Positions 7,761 through 17,690 of a stretch of 64,000 nt of DNA are shown in pieces (position 1 is the stretch's first letter; each line of letters starts with the position of its first letter). Made by a program: the position numbers and the translations under genes. Below the pieces are notes generated by a model. It saw only the letters and a list, made by a program, of their open reading frames with translations, searched no databases and was not told the DNA's origin. Source of the DNA: Candidatus Staskawiczbacteria bacterium RIFOXYB1_FULL_38_37 (GTDB taxonomy: Bacteria; Patescibacteriota; Minisyncoccia; Minisyncoccales; Staskawiczbacteraceae); NCBI GenBank assembly GCA_001822075.1, contig MHPK01000007.1:5975-69974 (forward strand), read 5' to 3'.

Positions 7761-8888
7761 ATGCTAATAAAAAATATATTTGAGAGATATATTTATCCTA
7801 CAGCAATTTTGTCAGGAAGCATTATTGGGGTGGGAATTTTTTCTTTGCCTTATATTGCCAGCCAGGCGGGAATTTGGCTGATGCTTTTTTATTTGGTTGT
7901 TTTATCGGCCATAGTTGCGGCTATAAATTCAATTGTTGGACAGATAGCGCTTAAAACCCCGGATTTTAAAAGATTGCCGGGGTTTGCAGGATTTCATTTG
8001 GGAAAATGGGCCGAAGCTCTTTCTTTGGCAACAGCTGCGCTGGGAGGATTTGGAATACTTTTAGTTTATTTAATTGTGGGAGGGGATTTTCTTTTAAACG
8101 CGCTTTCGCCGATTTTCGGCGGAAATTATTTGACATACGCGCTTATTTATTTTTTTGCGGCTCTTATATTTATTTATTTTGATATAAAAGCAATTGCCAA
8201 AGTTGAGCTTTTAGCTCTAATTTCATTAGTTTTTATTTTAATTCTAATTTTTATAAAAGGATTTTCAAACTGGAGCCTGGAAAATATTTTTGCCGGAAAC
8301 TCGGCATTGGATATTAAAAATATATTTTTGCCATACGGAGCCATAATGTTTTCTTTGTGGGGCATTGGAATGATTCCGGAAGCCGAAGAAATGGTGAGAG
8401 ATGATAAAAAAGATATTAAAAAAATAATTGTCATATCTGTTTTAATACCGGCCGTTATTTATTTTTTGTTTGTGCTTTTGGTTCTTGGCATTACAGGAAG
8501 CCAGACAACAGACTCTGCCTTAACCGGATTAAAGAATGTTTTAGGCGGGTGGATTTTTTCTTTCTGCCTTTTCGTGGGAGCTGTAATAACCTTCAACGGT
8601 TTTTTGTCATTAGCCATTATATTGAAAAAAGTTTTTATGTATGACATCGGCATTAAAAAAAGCCATTCTATTATTATAGTCTGCTGCCTGCCATTAATTC
8701 TTTTTTTGCTGGGATTGCGGTCTTTTGTGCCCATTATTTCTTTTATCGGAGGAGTTTTTATCGGCATTGAAGGAATTTTGATATTGCTTATGTATAAAAA
8801 AATCAAAGGCAAAAACATAATAATTTACCCCCTGTCATTGGTTTTTATTTTAGGAATTATATATCAGCTTATTTATTTTATCAGATAA
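7761..8888 (+). CDS. polytopic membrane transporter, amino-acid-permease-like (tentative)
   Basis: 375 aa with about 11 hydrophobic helices. The N-terminal SGSIIGVGIFSLPY motif resembles APC / Trp-Tyr permease families. Confidence 0.55.
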   Translation: MLIKNIFERYIYPTAILSGSIIGVGIFSLPYIASQAGIWLMLFYLVVLSAIVAAINSIVGQIALKTPDFKRLPGFAGFHLGKWAEALSLATAALGGFGILLVYLIVGGDFLLNALSPIFGGNYLTYALIYFFAALIFIYFDIKAIAKVELLALISLVFILILIFIKGFSNWSLENIFAGNSALDIKNIFLPYGAIMFSLWGIGMIPEAEEMVRDDKKDIKKIIVISVLIPAVIYFLFVLLVLGITGSQTTDSALTGLKNVLGGWIFSFCLFVGAVITFNGFLSLAIILKKVFMYDIGIKKSHSIIIVCCLPLILFLLGLRSFVPIISFIGGVFIGIEGILILLMYKKIKGKNIIIYPLSLVFILGIIYQLIYFIR

Positions 8889-8890
8889 AT

Positions 8891-9853
8891 ATGTTTTTTG
8901 AGATAATTATTTTTATAGGCGCCTGCGTAGTGCTTTCATGGCTTTCAAAAAGCTTAATCAAAACTTTGGTCCAAATAGCCAAGTATTTAAAATGGCGCGA
9001 ATTTATAATTGGGTTTTTTGTAATGGCTACAGCCACAACTTTGCCCAATATTTTTGTTGACGTTAACGCAGCCATAAGAGGCATGCCCCAGCTTGCCTTT
9101 GGCGATGTGCTTGGAGGCAACTTGATAGACCTTACATTGATTTTGGGTCTGGCCACGCTTTTTTCTAAAAAACCGCTGAAGGCTGAAAGCAAAATGGTGC
9201 AGGGCAGCGCTATTTTTACAGCTGTTATAGCTGTGCTGCCTTTGTTATTTATTTTAGACGGGAAGGTTTCAAGGTTAGACGGGGCAATACTGCTTTCGGC
9301 ATTTATTATTTACAGCTGGTGGATTTTTTCAAAACAAGAGAGGTTTCAAAAAGTTTATACAACGTCAAAAAAAACCAGAAGCAAGCCATTGGAGCTCACA
9401 ATCTTCTTAAAGAATGTTGTAAAGCTTATAATTTTGATTGCCTTGCTTTTGGCAGCTTCGCAAGTTGTAATAAACACCGCCAATTTTTTTTCAAACAGTT
9501 TTGGAGTATCATTGGCAATGATTGGAATTTTAATTGTAGGCATGGGAAACTGTTTTCCTGAAGCATATTTTTCAATAGTTTCAGCAAAAAGAGGCGAGGG
9601 CTGGATGGTTTTGGGAGACCTTATGGGCTCTGTAATTATGCCTGCCACTTTGGTTTTGGCAATCGTGGCCTTCATAAGCCCATTTGAGATTGTTGATTTT
9701 TCTCCTTTCTTCATTGTAAGAACTTTTACTGTTGCGGCGGCTGTTTTTTCAATTTTTATTATAAGAAGCGGCAAAGAAATTACAAAAAAAGAGGGACTGC
9801 TTTTAATAATCCTGTACATTATATTTCTGCTCGCAGAGATTTTTTTTCATTAA
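8891..9853 (+). CDS. Ca2+/cation antiporter (CaCA, YrbG-like) family protein
   Basis: 320 aa with two alpha-repeat motifs (GDVLGGNLIDLTLILG and GMGNCFPEAYFSIVSAKRG). Confidence 0.75.
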   Translation: MFFEIIIFIGACVVLSWLSKSLIKTLVQIAKYLKWREFIIGFFVMATATTLPNIFVDVNAAIRGMPQLAFGDVLGGNLIDLTLILGLATLFSKKPLKAESKMVQGSAIFTAVIAVLPLLFILDGKVSRLDGAILLSAFIIYSWWIFSKQERFQKVYTTSKKTRSKPLELTIFLKNVVKLIILIALLLAASQVVINTANFFSNSFGVSLAMIGILIVGMGNCFPEAYFSIVSAKRGEGWMVLGDLMGSVIMPATLVLAIVAFISPFEIVDFSPFFIVRTFTVAAAVFSIFIIRSGKEITKKEGLLLIILYIIFLLAEIFFH

Positions 9854-9905
9854 CCGGGGGAACGTTTTAAATGTATAAACTTTAGTGTAAAATAAGCTAA
9901 ATTAT

Positions 9906-10946
9906 ATGGACTTGGCAATAATACTTTTAATTTTAGTGATAGCTGTTTTGGCAGCAGTTGTCTTTTTGCTGTTGAGAAAAAAGCCCGAACTTGAAAAAAA
10001 GGACAGCAATTCTTTGCTGATGCTTCAGCAACAGATAAACCATATCTCGCAGGTTTTAGATTCAAAATTATCAGAGTCAAACAAAAGCTTGCAGCAGCAA
10101 TTTTCGCAATCTGCCGACATTATAAGAAATGTTACAGAAAGATTAACCAGGTTAGACGAAACAAACAGGCAGGTTGTGGGATTTGCAGACCAGTTAAAAA
10201 ATTTGCAAGATATTCTAAAAAATCCAAAGCAAAGAGGAGTGCTTGGTGAGTATTATTTGGAAACCGTGCTTAAAAACGTTTTGCCTCCTGGCTCCTACCA
10301 AATGCAATATGGGTTTTCAAACGGAGAAATTGTTGACGCGGTTGTTTTTATAGATAAGCGCATCATTCCCATTGATTCAAAATTTTCTTTGGAAAACTAC
10401 AATAGAATGATAGAAACAAGAGACCCTGCTGAGAAAAAAAGATTGGAGACATCATTTGTTAATGATTTGAAATTAAGGATTGATGAAACTTCAAAATATG
10501 TAAGGCCCGAAGAAAAAACAACTGATTTTGCCTTTATGTTTATTCCGTCAGAAGCTGTTTATTATGATTTATTGATAAATAAAGTTGGGGTTATTACAGA
10601 AGACACAAATAATCTTATTTATTACGCAGGAAAGAAAAAAGTTGTTGTTGTGTCTCCCACATCTTTTTTAGCATATTTACAAACGGTTCTGCAGGGCATG
10701 AGAAACCAAAAAATTTCAGAGCAGGCCCAGTCAATTATCAAAGAAGTTGAAAAGCTGGGCAAGCATTTGTTTGTCTATTCAGAATATATGAAACGTTTAG
10801 GCCAGCATTTAGACACAACTGTTTCAAGCTATAACAAAGCCGGAAAGGAATTGCAGAAAATTGACAAAGACGTGGTAAAACTTACAGCAGGAGAAGCAAA
10901 AATTGAAATAGACGAGGTGGAGCGTCCAATGCTTGACGGAGAATAA
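9906..10946 (+). CDS. rmuC: DNA recombination protein RmuC
   Basis: 346 aa with an N-terminal TM, a coiled coil and a C-terminal nuclease-like region (IPIDSKF..., FMFIPSEAVY). Confidence 0.8.
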   Translation: MDLAIILLILVIAVLAAVVFLLLRKKPELEKKDSNSLLMLQQQINHISQVLDSKLSESNKSLQQQFSQSADIIRNVTERLTRLDETNRQVVGFADQLKNLQDILKNPKQRGVLGEYYLETVLKNVLPPGSYQMQYGFSNGEIVDAVVFIDKRIIPIDSKFSLENYNRMIETRDPAEKKRLETSFVNDLKLRIDETSKYVRPEEKTTDFAFMFIPSEAVYYDLLINKVGVITEDTNNLIYYAGKKKVVVVSPTSFLAYLQTVLQGMRNQKISEQAQSIIKEVEKLGKHLFVYSEYMKRLGQHLDTTVSSYNKAGKELQKIDKDVVKLTAGEAKIEIDEVERPMLDGE

Positions 10947-11091
10947 TTTTTCTGCTAAACTATATTTATTATATCGCAATGCAAATTATGCGAATGACCT
11001 GCTAATCTACAAAAATGCGAATGCGTAAAAGGAAAATATATTCGCATTTTCGCATTCATTAGCATAAGATTTGTAGATTTGCATTATATTT

Positions 11092-11427
11092 ATGTTAGCT
11101 ATAATAAAAACCGGGGGAAAACAATATATTGTAAAACCCGGAGACAAATTAAAAGTTGAAAAATTGGACCCCATTGGAAAGACTTCGTCTTCCAACGGGG
11201 AAAATTCAGAAATTATTTTTGAAGATATTTTGCTATTGGAAAAAAATAATAAGTTAGAGATTGGCGCGCCCTTTGTGAAAGGAGCCAAAGTTGAGGCAAA
11301 GATTTTAAGACATGGAAAAGGGGACAAAATTATTGTTTTTAAATATAAGCCAAAAAAGAGATACAGCAGAAAAATAGGCCACAGACAGCCCTATACAGAA
11401 ATTGAAATTATGGGAATTAAAAATTAA
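11092..11427 (+). CDS. rplU: 50S ribosomal protein L21
   Basis: MLAIIKTGGKQYIVKPGDKLKVEKL ... KKRYSRKIGHRQPYTEIEI. Confidence 0.95.
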   Translation: MLAIIKTGGKQYIVKPGDKLKVEKLDPIGKTSSSNGENSEIIFEDILLLEKNNKLEIGAPFVKGAKVEAKILRHGKGDKIIVFKYKPKKRYSRKIGHRQPYTEIEIMGIKN

Positions 11428-11432
11428 GGATA

Positions 11433-11456
11433 AAACCCGCTTGTTGCGGGTTTTTT
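11433..11456 (+). terminator. rho-independent terminator after rplU
   Basis: aaacccgc-ttgtt-gcggg followed by tttttt. Confidence 0.8.
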
Positions 11457-11459
11457 AAT

Positions 11460-12197
11460 ATGCAAAAAGAAAATAAACGGCTCAACGGCGTTGGTCCGTT
11501 AGAATATGTGAGGGGGTTTACAGATTTTTTGGAATGCAAAATTGATTTGTCTAAAAGGCCGTTAATACCAAGGCCTGAAACAGAATTTTGGGTGGAAAAA
11601 GCAATTAAAGACATACTTACATACTCAAGTTTGATAGGATGTTGTTGCTGGCAGAAAAAGCATCAGATTAAAATTTTGGACATGTTTTCGGGGTCTGGGT
11701 GTATTGGGATTGCGGTTTTAAAGAACATTAAAAATTCAAGAGTTGATTTTTCAGACAGCGATAAAAATTGTTTAGAGCAGATAAAAATAAATTTAAAAAT
11801 AAATCGCATAAAATCAGGCAGATATAGGATAATAAAATCGGATATTTTAAAAGTGATAAATCCTTCGTCGCCACAATTCCTCAGGGCGAAGTACGACTTC
11901 GTTTTTGCTAATCCGCCGTATATTGCTTTAAAAAATAAAAATAAAGTCCAGAAATCGGTTTTAAAATACGAGCCGAGAAAAGCCTTATTTGGCGGCAATG
12001 ACGGGCTTTTTTATATTAAAAAGTTTTTGAAACAAGCTAAAAATTATTTAAACTCAGGCGGTATTATTTTTATGGAATTTAGTCCGGAACAGAAAAAAGA
12101 AATACAAAAACTAATTTTGAAATATAAATATAAAAATTATAAATTTTATAAAGACCAGTACAAAAAATGGAGGTGGGTATGGATTAGTAAAGAGTAA
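11460..12197 (+). CDS. prmC: release-factor glutamine N5-methyltransferase PrmC/HemK
   Basis: 245 aa with the SAM motif DMFSGSGCIG and the catalytic FANPPYI motif. Confidence 0.85.
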   Translation: MQKENKRLNGVGPLEYVRGFTDFLECKIDLSKRPLIPRPETEFWVEKAIKDILTYSSLIGCCCWQKKHQIKILDMFSGSGCIGIAVLKNIKNSRVDFSDSDKNCLEQIKINLKINRIKSGRYRIIKSDILKVINPSSPQFLRAKYDFVFANPPYIALKNKNKVQKSVLKYEPRKALFGGNDGLFYIKKFLKQAKNYLNSGGIIFMEFSPEQKKEIQKLILKYKYKNYKFYKDQYKKWRWVWISKE

Positions 12198-12275
12198 AGG
12201 ATAAAGAATAATGGGTAATGAAAAAATAGGATTTACTATTTTGTTTTTTGTGATAAGATAAGATAATTTAGAAAT

Positions 12276-12962
12276 ATGGGAAAATCAATACAATTGTCTC
12301 CTAATTCTTTGAATTTGTATTTAGAATGTCCGCACTGCTTTTGGTTAGATAAAAATATGGGAATTAAAAGGCCTCCTCCTTATCCTTATGCCTTAAATTC
12401 CGCTGTAGATGCCTTGCTGAAAGAGGAGTTTGATACGTACCGGTCAAAAAATTTACCGCATCCTATGCTGAAAGAAAATAATATAAATGCGCGATTATTC
12501 AACAATCAAAAATTGCTTAACCAGTGGCGGAATAATTTTGCAGGAATAAGATTTTTTGACCAGGATTTGCAAGCAACATTATTCGGGGCGGTGGACGATG
12601 TTTTGGAATTTGAAGGCGGAAAAATAGCTCCATTGGACTATAAGTCAACGGGAAGCACGGCAGCTAATGTTTATGACAGATTTCAGCTTCAATTGGATAC
12701 TTACACATTTTTAATGGAAAAAAACGGGTTTAAAACTACAAGAAAAGGATATTTGGCTTTTTATATTGTAGATAAAAGCAGGGGATTTATTGACCGTCTT
12801 CCTTTTCGAAAGGAAATGGTGCAGATAGAAACAAATCCCTCGGATATTTATGAAATTTTTAAAGACGCGGTAAATTACTTAAAACAATCATCGCCTCCGC
12901 CTCACAGCCCTGATTGCAAGTTCGGAACGTGGTTAAAGGGCGCAAGAAGTTTTACAAATTAA
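12276..12962 (+). CDS. PD-(D/E)XK (Cas4/RecB-like) nuclease family protein
   Basis: 228 aa with N-terminal ECPHCFW, GAVDDVLEF...PLDYK (D...D/ExK pattern) and a C-terminal Cys. Confidence 0.6.
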   Translation: MGKSIQLSPNSLNLYLECPHCFWLDKNMGIKRPPPYPYALNSAVDALLKEEFDTYRSKNLPHPMLKENNINARLFNNQKLLNQWRNNFAGIRFFDQDLQATLFGAVDDVLEFEGGKIAPLDYKSTGSTAANVYDRFQLQLDTYTFLMEKNGFKTTRKGYLAFYIVDKSRGFIDRLPFRKEMVQIETNPSDIYEIFKDAVNYLKQSSPPPHSPDCKFGTWLKGARSFTN

Positions 12963-12983
12963 ATTTTTTTAAAAATAAAATAT

Positions 12984-14528
12984 ATGAATATAGAAAATAT
13001 AATAAGAAAAATAGGCAGGATTAAAAAAATAAAAAAGAAATGGATAGTTATAATAATTATTGTCCTTGCGGCGCTGGGGTATTTTATAATGCCGCAATTT
13101 TTTAAAAGCCCAACCGAAGGATACGTCACAGAAAAAGTAAGCAGGGGAGAGGTTTCGCAGGAAGTTTCTGAAACTGGCAGTGTGGAGGCAACAAATAATA
13201 TAAGCTTGGGTTTTAAGTCCTTGGGTAAGATTTCAAAAATATATGTGGCAGCCGGGCAGGATGTAAAAGCAGGAGATGTTCTTGCAGAATTAGATTCTAA
13301 CCAGCTTTATTCGCAGTTGAGAAGCGCCCAAGCTGCTTTAGAAGAGGCTAAAATTAAATATGATAAATTATTGAACGGCTCCACAAAAGAGGATATTAAA
13401 ACTTACCAAAATCTTGTGGATTCGGCAAAAAATGACTTGCAAACAACTTATGACTCAGCCTTAAATACCCTTAAAGACGCAAATATAAAAATTTATAATG
13501 CATATACTGTTGCAACCTCTATACAAAGCAGCTATTTTAATTTAAGCGACCAGCCAGGCATTAAGGTGTTAGCCGCCAGAGGCAATATAGATAAGAACAT
13601 TCAGGATTTTAAAAGTTATTTAAAAACAGCCGAAGGAAATCCGTCACAAGGCAGCATTGACTCTACGTTGTCATATGCAGCCATTGCCCTTGATAATGTT
13701 TATAATGATTTAAAAATTATTAGGGAGCAATGCGACGAGGGGATTTATTATTTCAATGTTTCCTCTGCAGATAAAACATCATTAGACAATCAAAAATCTT
13801 ATGTAAATACAGCCCTGACAAACGTTATAAGCGCCAAAAACAGCATATCTTCTTATAAAATAGCTTTGCAAAAAGCAGAGGATAATTTGAATTTGGAAAC
13901 TGCTGCCCCGAGGCCGGAAGACATTGATATTTACCAGGCTCAGGTAGAACAAGCGCGGGCAAATGTGGATTTATACCAGACGCAGTTAAATGACAATCAT
14001 TTAAGGAGCCCGGTAAACGGAAAAATTACAAACGTTAATGTAAAAATTGGAGAGATAGTTTCTGCTAGCCAGTCTGTTGCTAATTTGCTTTCTTCAAATC
14101 CCTTTGAAATAAAGGCAAACATTTATGAAGAAGACATTGTAAAAATAAAAATAGAGGATACGGTAGAAATTAATTTGATTGCTTTTCCTTTCCAAACTTT
14201 TTCAGGAAAAGTTATTGCAATGAATCCCGGTGAAAAAATAATTGACAATGTGGTTTATTATGAGATTACAATTGATTTTCCCGGCCAGCCTGAAAATATT
14301 TTATCTGGCATGACAGCAGACATTGTTGTCGGAACAAATAAGAAAGAAGATGTTTTAAGGGCGCCCAAACCTGCTGTTGAAACAATAAACGGCGGGCAAA
14401 TGGTGCAGGTTGTTAAAAATGGAAAAATAGAAGACCAAATAATAACTACGGGCCTGGAAGGAAATGATTATTACGAAGTTTTATCAGGATTAAATGAGGG
14501 AGATGAAATTGTTACTGGAAAAAAATAA
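12984..14528 (+). CDS. HlyD/MacA-type periplasmic adaptor (membrane fusion protein)
   Basis: 514 aa with an N-terminal TM, lipoyl-like halves flanking a long coiled coil, and a beta-barrel C-terminus. It is first in the operon with the ABC ATPase and FtsX-type permease. Confidence 0.75.
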   Translation: MNIENIIRKIGRIKKIKKKWIVIIIIVLAALGYFIMPQFFKSPTEGYVTEKVSRGEVSQEVSETGSVEATNNISLGFKSLGKISKIYVAAGQDVKAGDVLAELDSNQLYSQLRSAQAALEEAKIKYDKLLNGSTKEDIKTYQNLVDSAKNDLQTTYDSALNTLKDANIKIYNAYTVATSIQSSYFNLSDQPGIKVLAARGNIDKNIQDFKSYLKTAEGNPSQGSIDSTLSYAAIALDNVYNDLKIIREQCDEGIYYFNVSSADKTSLDNQKSYVNTALTNVISAKNSISSYKIALQKAEDNLNLETAAPRPEDIDIYQAQVEQARANVDLYQTQLNDNHLRSPVNGKITNVNVKIGEIVSASQSVANLLSSNPFEIKANIYEEDIVKIKIEDTVEINLIAFPFQTFSGKVIAMNPGEKIIDNVVYYEITIDFPGQPENILSGMTADIVVGTNKKEDVLRAPKPAVETINGGQMVQVVKNGKIEDQIITTGLEGNDYYEVLSGLNEGDEIVTGKK

Positions 14529-14530
14529 CT

Positions 14531-15256
14531 ATGGAATCGTTAATTAAATTAGAAAATGTCTGGAAAAAATATAAGCTTGGGAAAACAGAAGTGCCTGTGT
14601 TAAGGGGAATCAGCCTGGATATAAAGCCAGGATCTTTTGCTACAATAATGGGGCCTTCGGGATCTGGCAAATCAACATTGATGTATCTTTTAGGGCTTTT
14701 AGACACTCCGTCTGAAGGAAAAATATATATGCAGGGTCAGGATGTGTCTGGATTTTCAGAAGACAAACTCGCCCAGCTCAGAGGAGAAAAAATAGGATTT
14801 ATTTTTCAGCAGTTTAATCTTTTACAAAATCTTACAGCTTTAGAAAATGTAATACTCCCCATGATTTTTCAAGGCGTGCCAGAGGCTGAAAGGAGAGAAA
14901 AGGCCGCAAAACTGCTGGAATCTGTGGGTTTGGCAAAGAGAATAAATCACAAGCCAACAGAAATGTCCGGAGGGGAGCAGCAAAGAATTGCTATTGCCAG
15001 GTCCTTGGTGAACAATCCCGAAATTTTGATTGCTGACGAACCGACCGGAAACCTTGATTCAACAACAGGGAAAATGGTTATGGGAATTTTAACAAAACTG
15101 CACAAAGAGGATAAAAAAACTATTGTTGTTGTAACCCACGACCCGAACATCGCTCATTACACCCAAAATATAATACACATACAAGACGGCCAGATTGTCG
15201 CCAACCATTTTAAAAACGAAGAAGTTTTGTGGGCAGAAAACGGAAAAACAAATTAA
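14531..15256 (+). CDS. ABC transporter ATP-binding protein (MacB/LolD-like)
   Basis: Walker A GPSGSGKST, signature MSGGEQQR, Walker B ILIADEPT. Confidence 0.92.
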   Translation: MESLIKLENVWKKYKLGKTEVPVLRGISLDIKPGSFATIMGPSGSGKSTLMYLLGLLDTPSEGKIYMQGQDVSGFSEDKLAQLRGEKIGFIFQQFNLLQNLTALENVILPMIFQGVPEAERREKAAKLLESVGLAKRINHKPTEMSGGEQQRIAIARSLVNNPEILIADEPTGNLDSTTGKMVMGILTKLHKEDKKTIVVVTHDPNIAHYTQNIIHIQDGQIVANHFKNEEVLWAENGKTN

Positions 15257-15299
15257 ACCCCGTTAGAAATTAAAAGCGGGGGATAAAAAATCAGTATTT

Positions 15300-16547
15300 A
15301 TGGCATTATTCAAGTTAGGCGGAATTTCTAACGGGGTAAAGGAATATTTTAAGATAGCCTTTAAAAGCATTGCTACAAGAAAGGTGAGGTCTTGGCTTAC
15401 AACAATAGGAATTGTAATCGGAGTATTTTTAATTGTTTCGCTTTTATCTTTGTCGCAAGGATTGAAAAACGCTGTTTTAAACCAGCTGAGCATGATTGGC
15501 AAAGACCTGATTATGATAATGCCGGGAGACATAAGCAATATAACTTCTTTGGTAACAGGAGACGAGCTTTCTGAAGAAGATTTAAAAATCATTAAACAAA
15601 CAGAAGGGGTGGCAAAAGTTGTGTCTATTGATTATACGTCTATTGTAATGCGCTATAACAATCAAAAAAAGACAGTTTTGCTGTATAGCGCGGATTGGAA
15701 AAACGCGCTTGATGTTTTTGAAAATGATGTGGGCTGGAGTTTGGCAGAAGGCAGGTGGCCTATAGCCAGAAAAAATGAAATTATTGTGGGAAGCATTGTG
15801 GCTTCTGAACTTTTTCCTTCAATAAGAATTGGAACAGAAGCTGTTATAAAGGGCAGAAAATTTACTATTGTGGGTATTTTAAACTCTGTGGGGTCTAAGC
15901 AGGATGATTCTATGGCTGGCATAGACGACACCATCTTTTCTTCTGTTACAGGAGAACGTACAGGAGCCAAGCAGGCTATGGCAAAATTAAAAGCCGGTTA
16001 TTCGCCGGATGTTGTGGCTGAAAAAATAAAAAGCAACCTTAATGAAAATAGAAAAAGGCAGATAGGCCAAAAAGAAAGCGATTCTTCTTATACGGTTTTG
16101 ACTTCAGAAAAAGTGATGAGCATTGTAAGCAATATACTGGGCGTAATACAGGCTGTAATTATTGGATTTGCATCAATTGCAATTATTGTGGGAGGAATTG
16201 GAATTATGAACACAATGTACACGTCTGTTACAGAAAGAATTAAAGAAATAGGAATTATGAAAGCGATAGGAGCTAAAAATAGAACGATAACCGCTATATT
16301 TTTGATTGAATCTGGAATTTTCGGCATGCTAGGGGGCTTGGGCGGAACGTTTTTGGGAATTATATTAGCAAAAGGCATTGAAATATATTTTCAGGTGCAT
16401 CCGCTTTTTTATCTTGAGGCTGACGTTAGCCCTCAATTGATATTATTCAGCTTGAGTTTTTCTTTTTTAGTGGGATGCGTTTCTGGTTATTTCCCGGCAA
16501 AGTCAGCTTCTAAGTTAAAGCCAGTTGACGCTTTAAGATATGAATAG
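15300..16547 (+). CDS. ABC transporter permease, MacB/FtsX family
   Basis: 415 aa with an N-terminal TM, a large periplasmic domain and a C-terminal FtsX-like 3-TM bundle. Confidence 0.85.
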   Translation: MALFKLGGISNGVKEYFKIAFKSIATRKVRSWLTTIGIVIGVFLIVSLLSLSQGLKNAVLNQLSMIGKDLIMIMPGDISNITSLVTGDELSEEDLKIIKQTEGVAKVVSIDYTSIVMRYNNQKKTVLLYSADWKNALDVFENDVGWSLAEGRWPIARKNEIIVGSIVASELFPSIRIGTEAVIKGRKFTIVGILNSVGSKQDDSMAGIDDTIFSSVTGERTGAKQAMAKLKAGYSPDVVAEKIKSNLNENRKRQIGQKESDSSYTVLTSEKVMSIVSNILGVIQAVIIGFASIAIIVGGIGIMNTMYTSVTERIKEIGIMKAIGAKNRTITAIFLIESGIFGMLGGLGGTFLGIILAKGIEIYFQVHPLFYLEADVSPQLILFSLSFSFLVGCVSGYFPAKSASKLKPVDALRYE

Positions 16548-16587
16548 GCTGTGGTAAAATAAAATAATAGAATTAAGAATTAAATTT

Positions 16588-17265
16588 ATGAAATTTAAAT
16601 TTAAAAAATCTTCGGGCTTGCCCGCCGACTCGCCTCGCTTCGCGATCGAAGCGGGAGCCCGAAGGGCGGAGGCGGGGCAGGTTTCAAAACTGCTTTTAGT
16701 TTTAGCTATCATAGTTTTGGTTGCTGTTGTTATTACTTATTTGGTTATGAGAATGGCAACGCCGCCCCCAAAGCCGAATCCCAATCCAGAGCCAACAGAA
16801 TTACAGCCAGTTTACAGCCAAACATTAGGAAACATTGGGTTTACTTTTAGAAGCACTATTGATATGGGAAATGTTTTAAGGGCGCAGGATTCTTTAAGCA
16901 GCACAGGCTGGCAGAAAGACTTGGCCACAACAGAAAGGTTTATAAAAGTGACAATAGGCGCCCAGAATCAAGGCAAAGAAAATATTCAGGAAAGGTCATG
17001 GGATATAGGCAATATTGTTGATTCTGAAGGAAGGATTTATGAGCCGCTGGAAGGGTATACTATTTCTCCGTGGCTGCCAGAAAACAATGGGTGCCAAGCC
17101 TTGTTAAAACCTGCCTTTGAGCCGGTTTTATGCACAAAAATATACGAAGTATCAAAAAAATCTACAGGCTTAAAGGTAAATGTTATAGCAGGCAAAGACA
17201 ATCTTGCTAACAATTTTTCTTCTGACAAAGTTGACACAGCCTTAATTGATTTAATATTAAAATAG
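16588..17265 (+). CDS. membrane-anchored hypothetical protein (DUF4352-like C-terminal domain, tentative)
   Basis: 225 aa. MKFKFKK is followed by the GC-rich repeat-encoded stretch SSGLPADSPRFAIEAGARRAEAGQVS, then a TM helix and a beta-rich domain. Confidence 0.5.
   Translation: MKFKFKKSSGLPADSPRFAIEAGARRAEAGQVSKLLLVLAIIVLVAVVITYLVMRMATPPPKPNPNPEPTELQPVYSQTLGNIGFTFRSTIDMGNVLRAQDSLSSTGWQKDLATTERFIKVTIGAQNQGKENIQERSWDIGNIVDSEGRIYEPLEGYTISPWLPENNGCQALLKPAFEPVLCTKIYEVSKKSTGLKVNVIAGKDNLANNFSSDKVDTALIDLILK
16610..16682. repeat. 73-nt GC-rich nested palindromic element inside the ORF 16588 N-terminus
   Basis: Outer inverted repeat cttcgggct/agcccgaag and inner inverted repeat cgcttcg/cgaagcg. The tail ggcggaggcggg (16665-16676) is identical to a 12-mer in the grpE/hrcA repeat. 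Confidence 0.8.
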
Positions 17266-17277
17266 TTTGCTAAAATC

Positions 17278-17673
17278 ATGTCAGACGTAGACAAAATTAC
17301 AAGTCCCGAAAAAGAAAACGTTCCGGTTCCAGAGCATATTCCGCCGCAGAAAAGCGAGCAAGAGCCTGTTTTAAAAACTGAAGAAATAGCGCCCGAAGAA
17401 AGAATGTTGGCAAAGCAAATGAGAAAAGAAATAGAAGCAATGGAAGTTGACCCAGAATTAAAAGAATTGGCAGAGAAAAAGGCAGAAGAGATTAAATTTT
17501 TAGACGAGCGGACAAAAATTGAATCTATTTTAGAAATTGCCCGCAGGGACACAACAGAAAGAGGGCTTGTTTTAGCAATAAGCACCGCAAAAAAGACTAA
17601 CGAGCCGTATATTTTAGATATGGTCCACGATGCTTTAGTGCAGGAAGGGCGCTATAAAAATCGTGTAAAATAG
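17278..17673 (+). CDS. hypothetical acidic protein
   Basis: 131 aa, E/K-rich, no motif recognised. Confidence 0.5.
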   Translation: MSDVDKITSPEKENVPVPEHIPPQKSEQEPVLKTEEIAPEERMLAKQMRKEIEAMEVDPELKELAEKKAEEIKFLDERTKIESILEIARRDTTERGLVLAISTAKKTNEPYILDMVHDALVQEGRYKNRVK

Positions 17674-17690
17674 ATATTAAATTTTATCAG

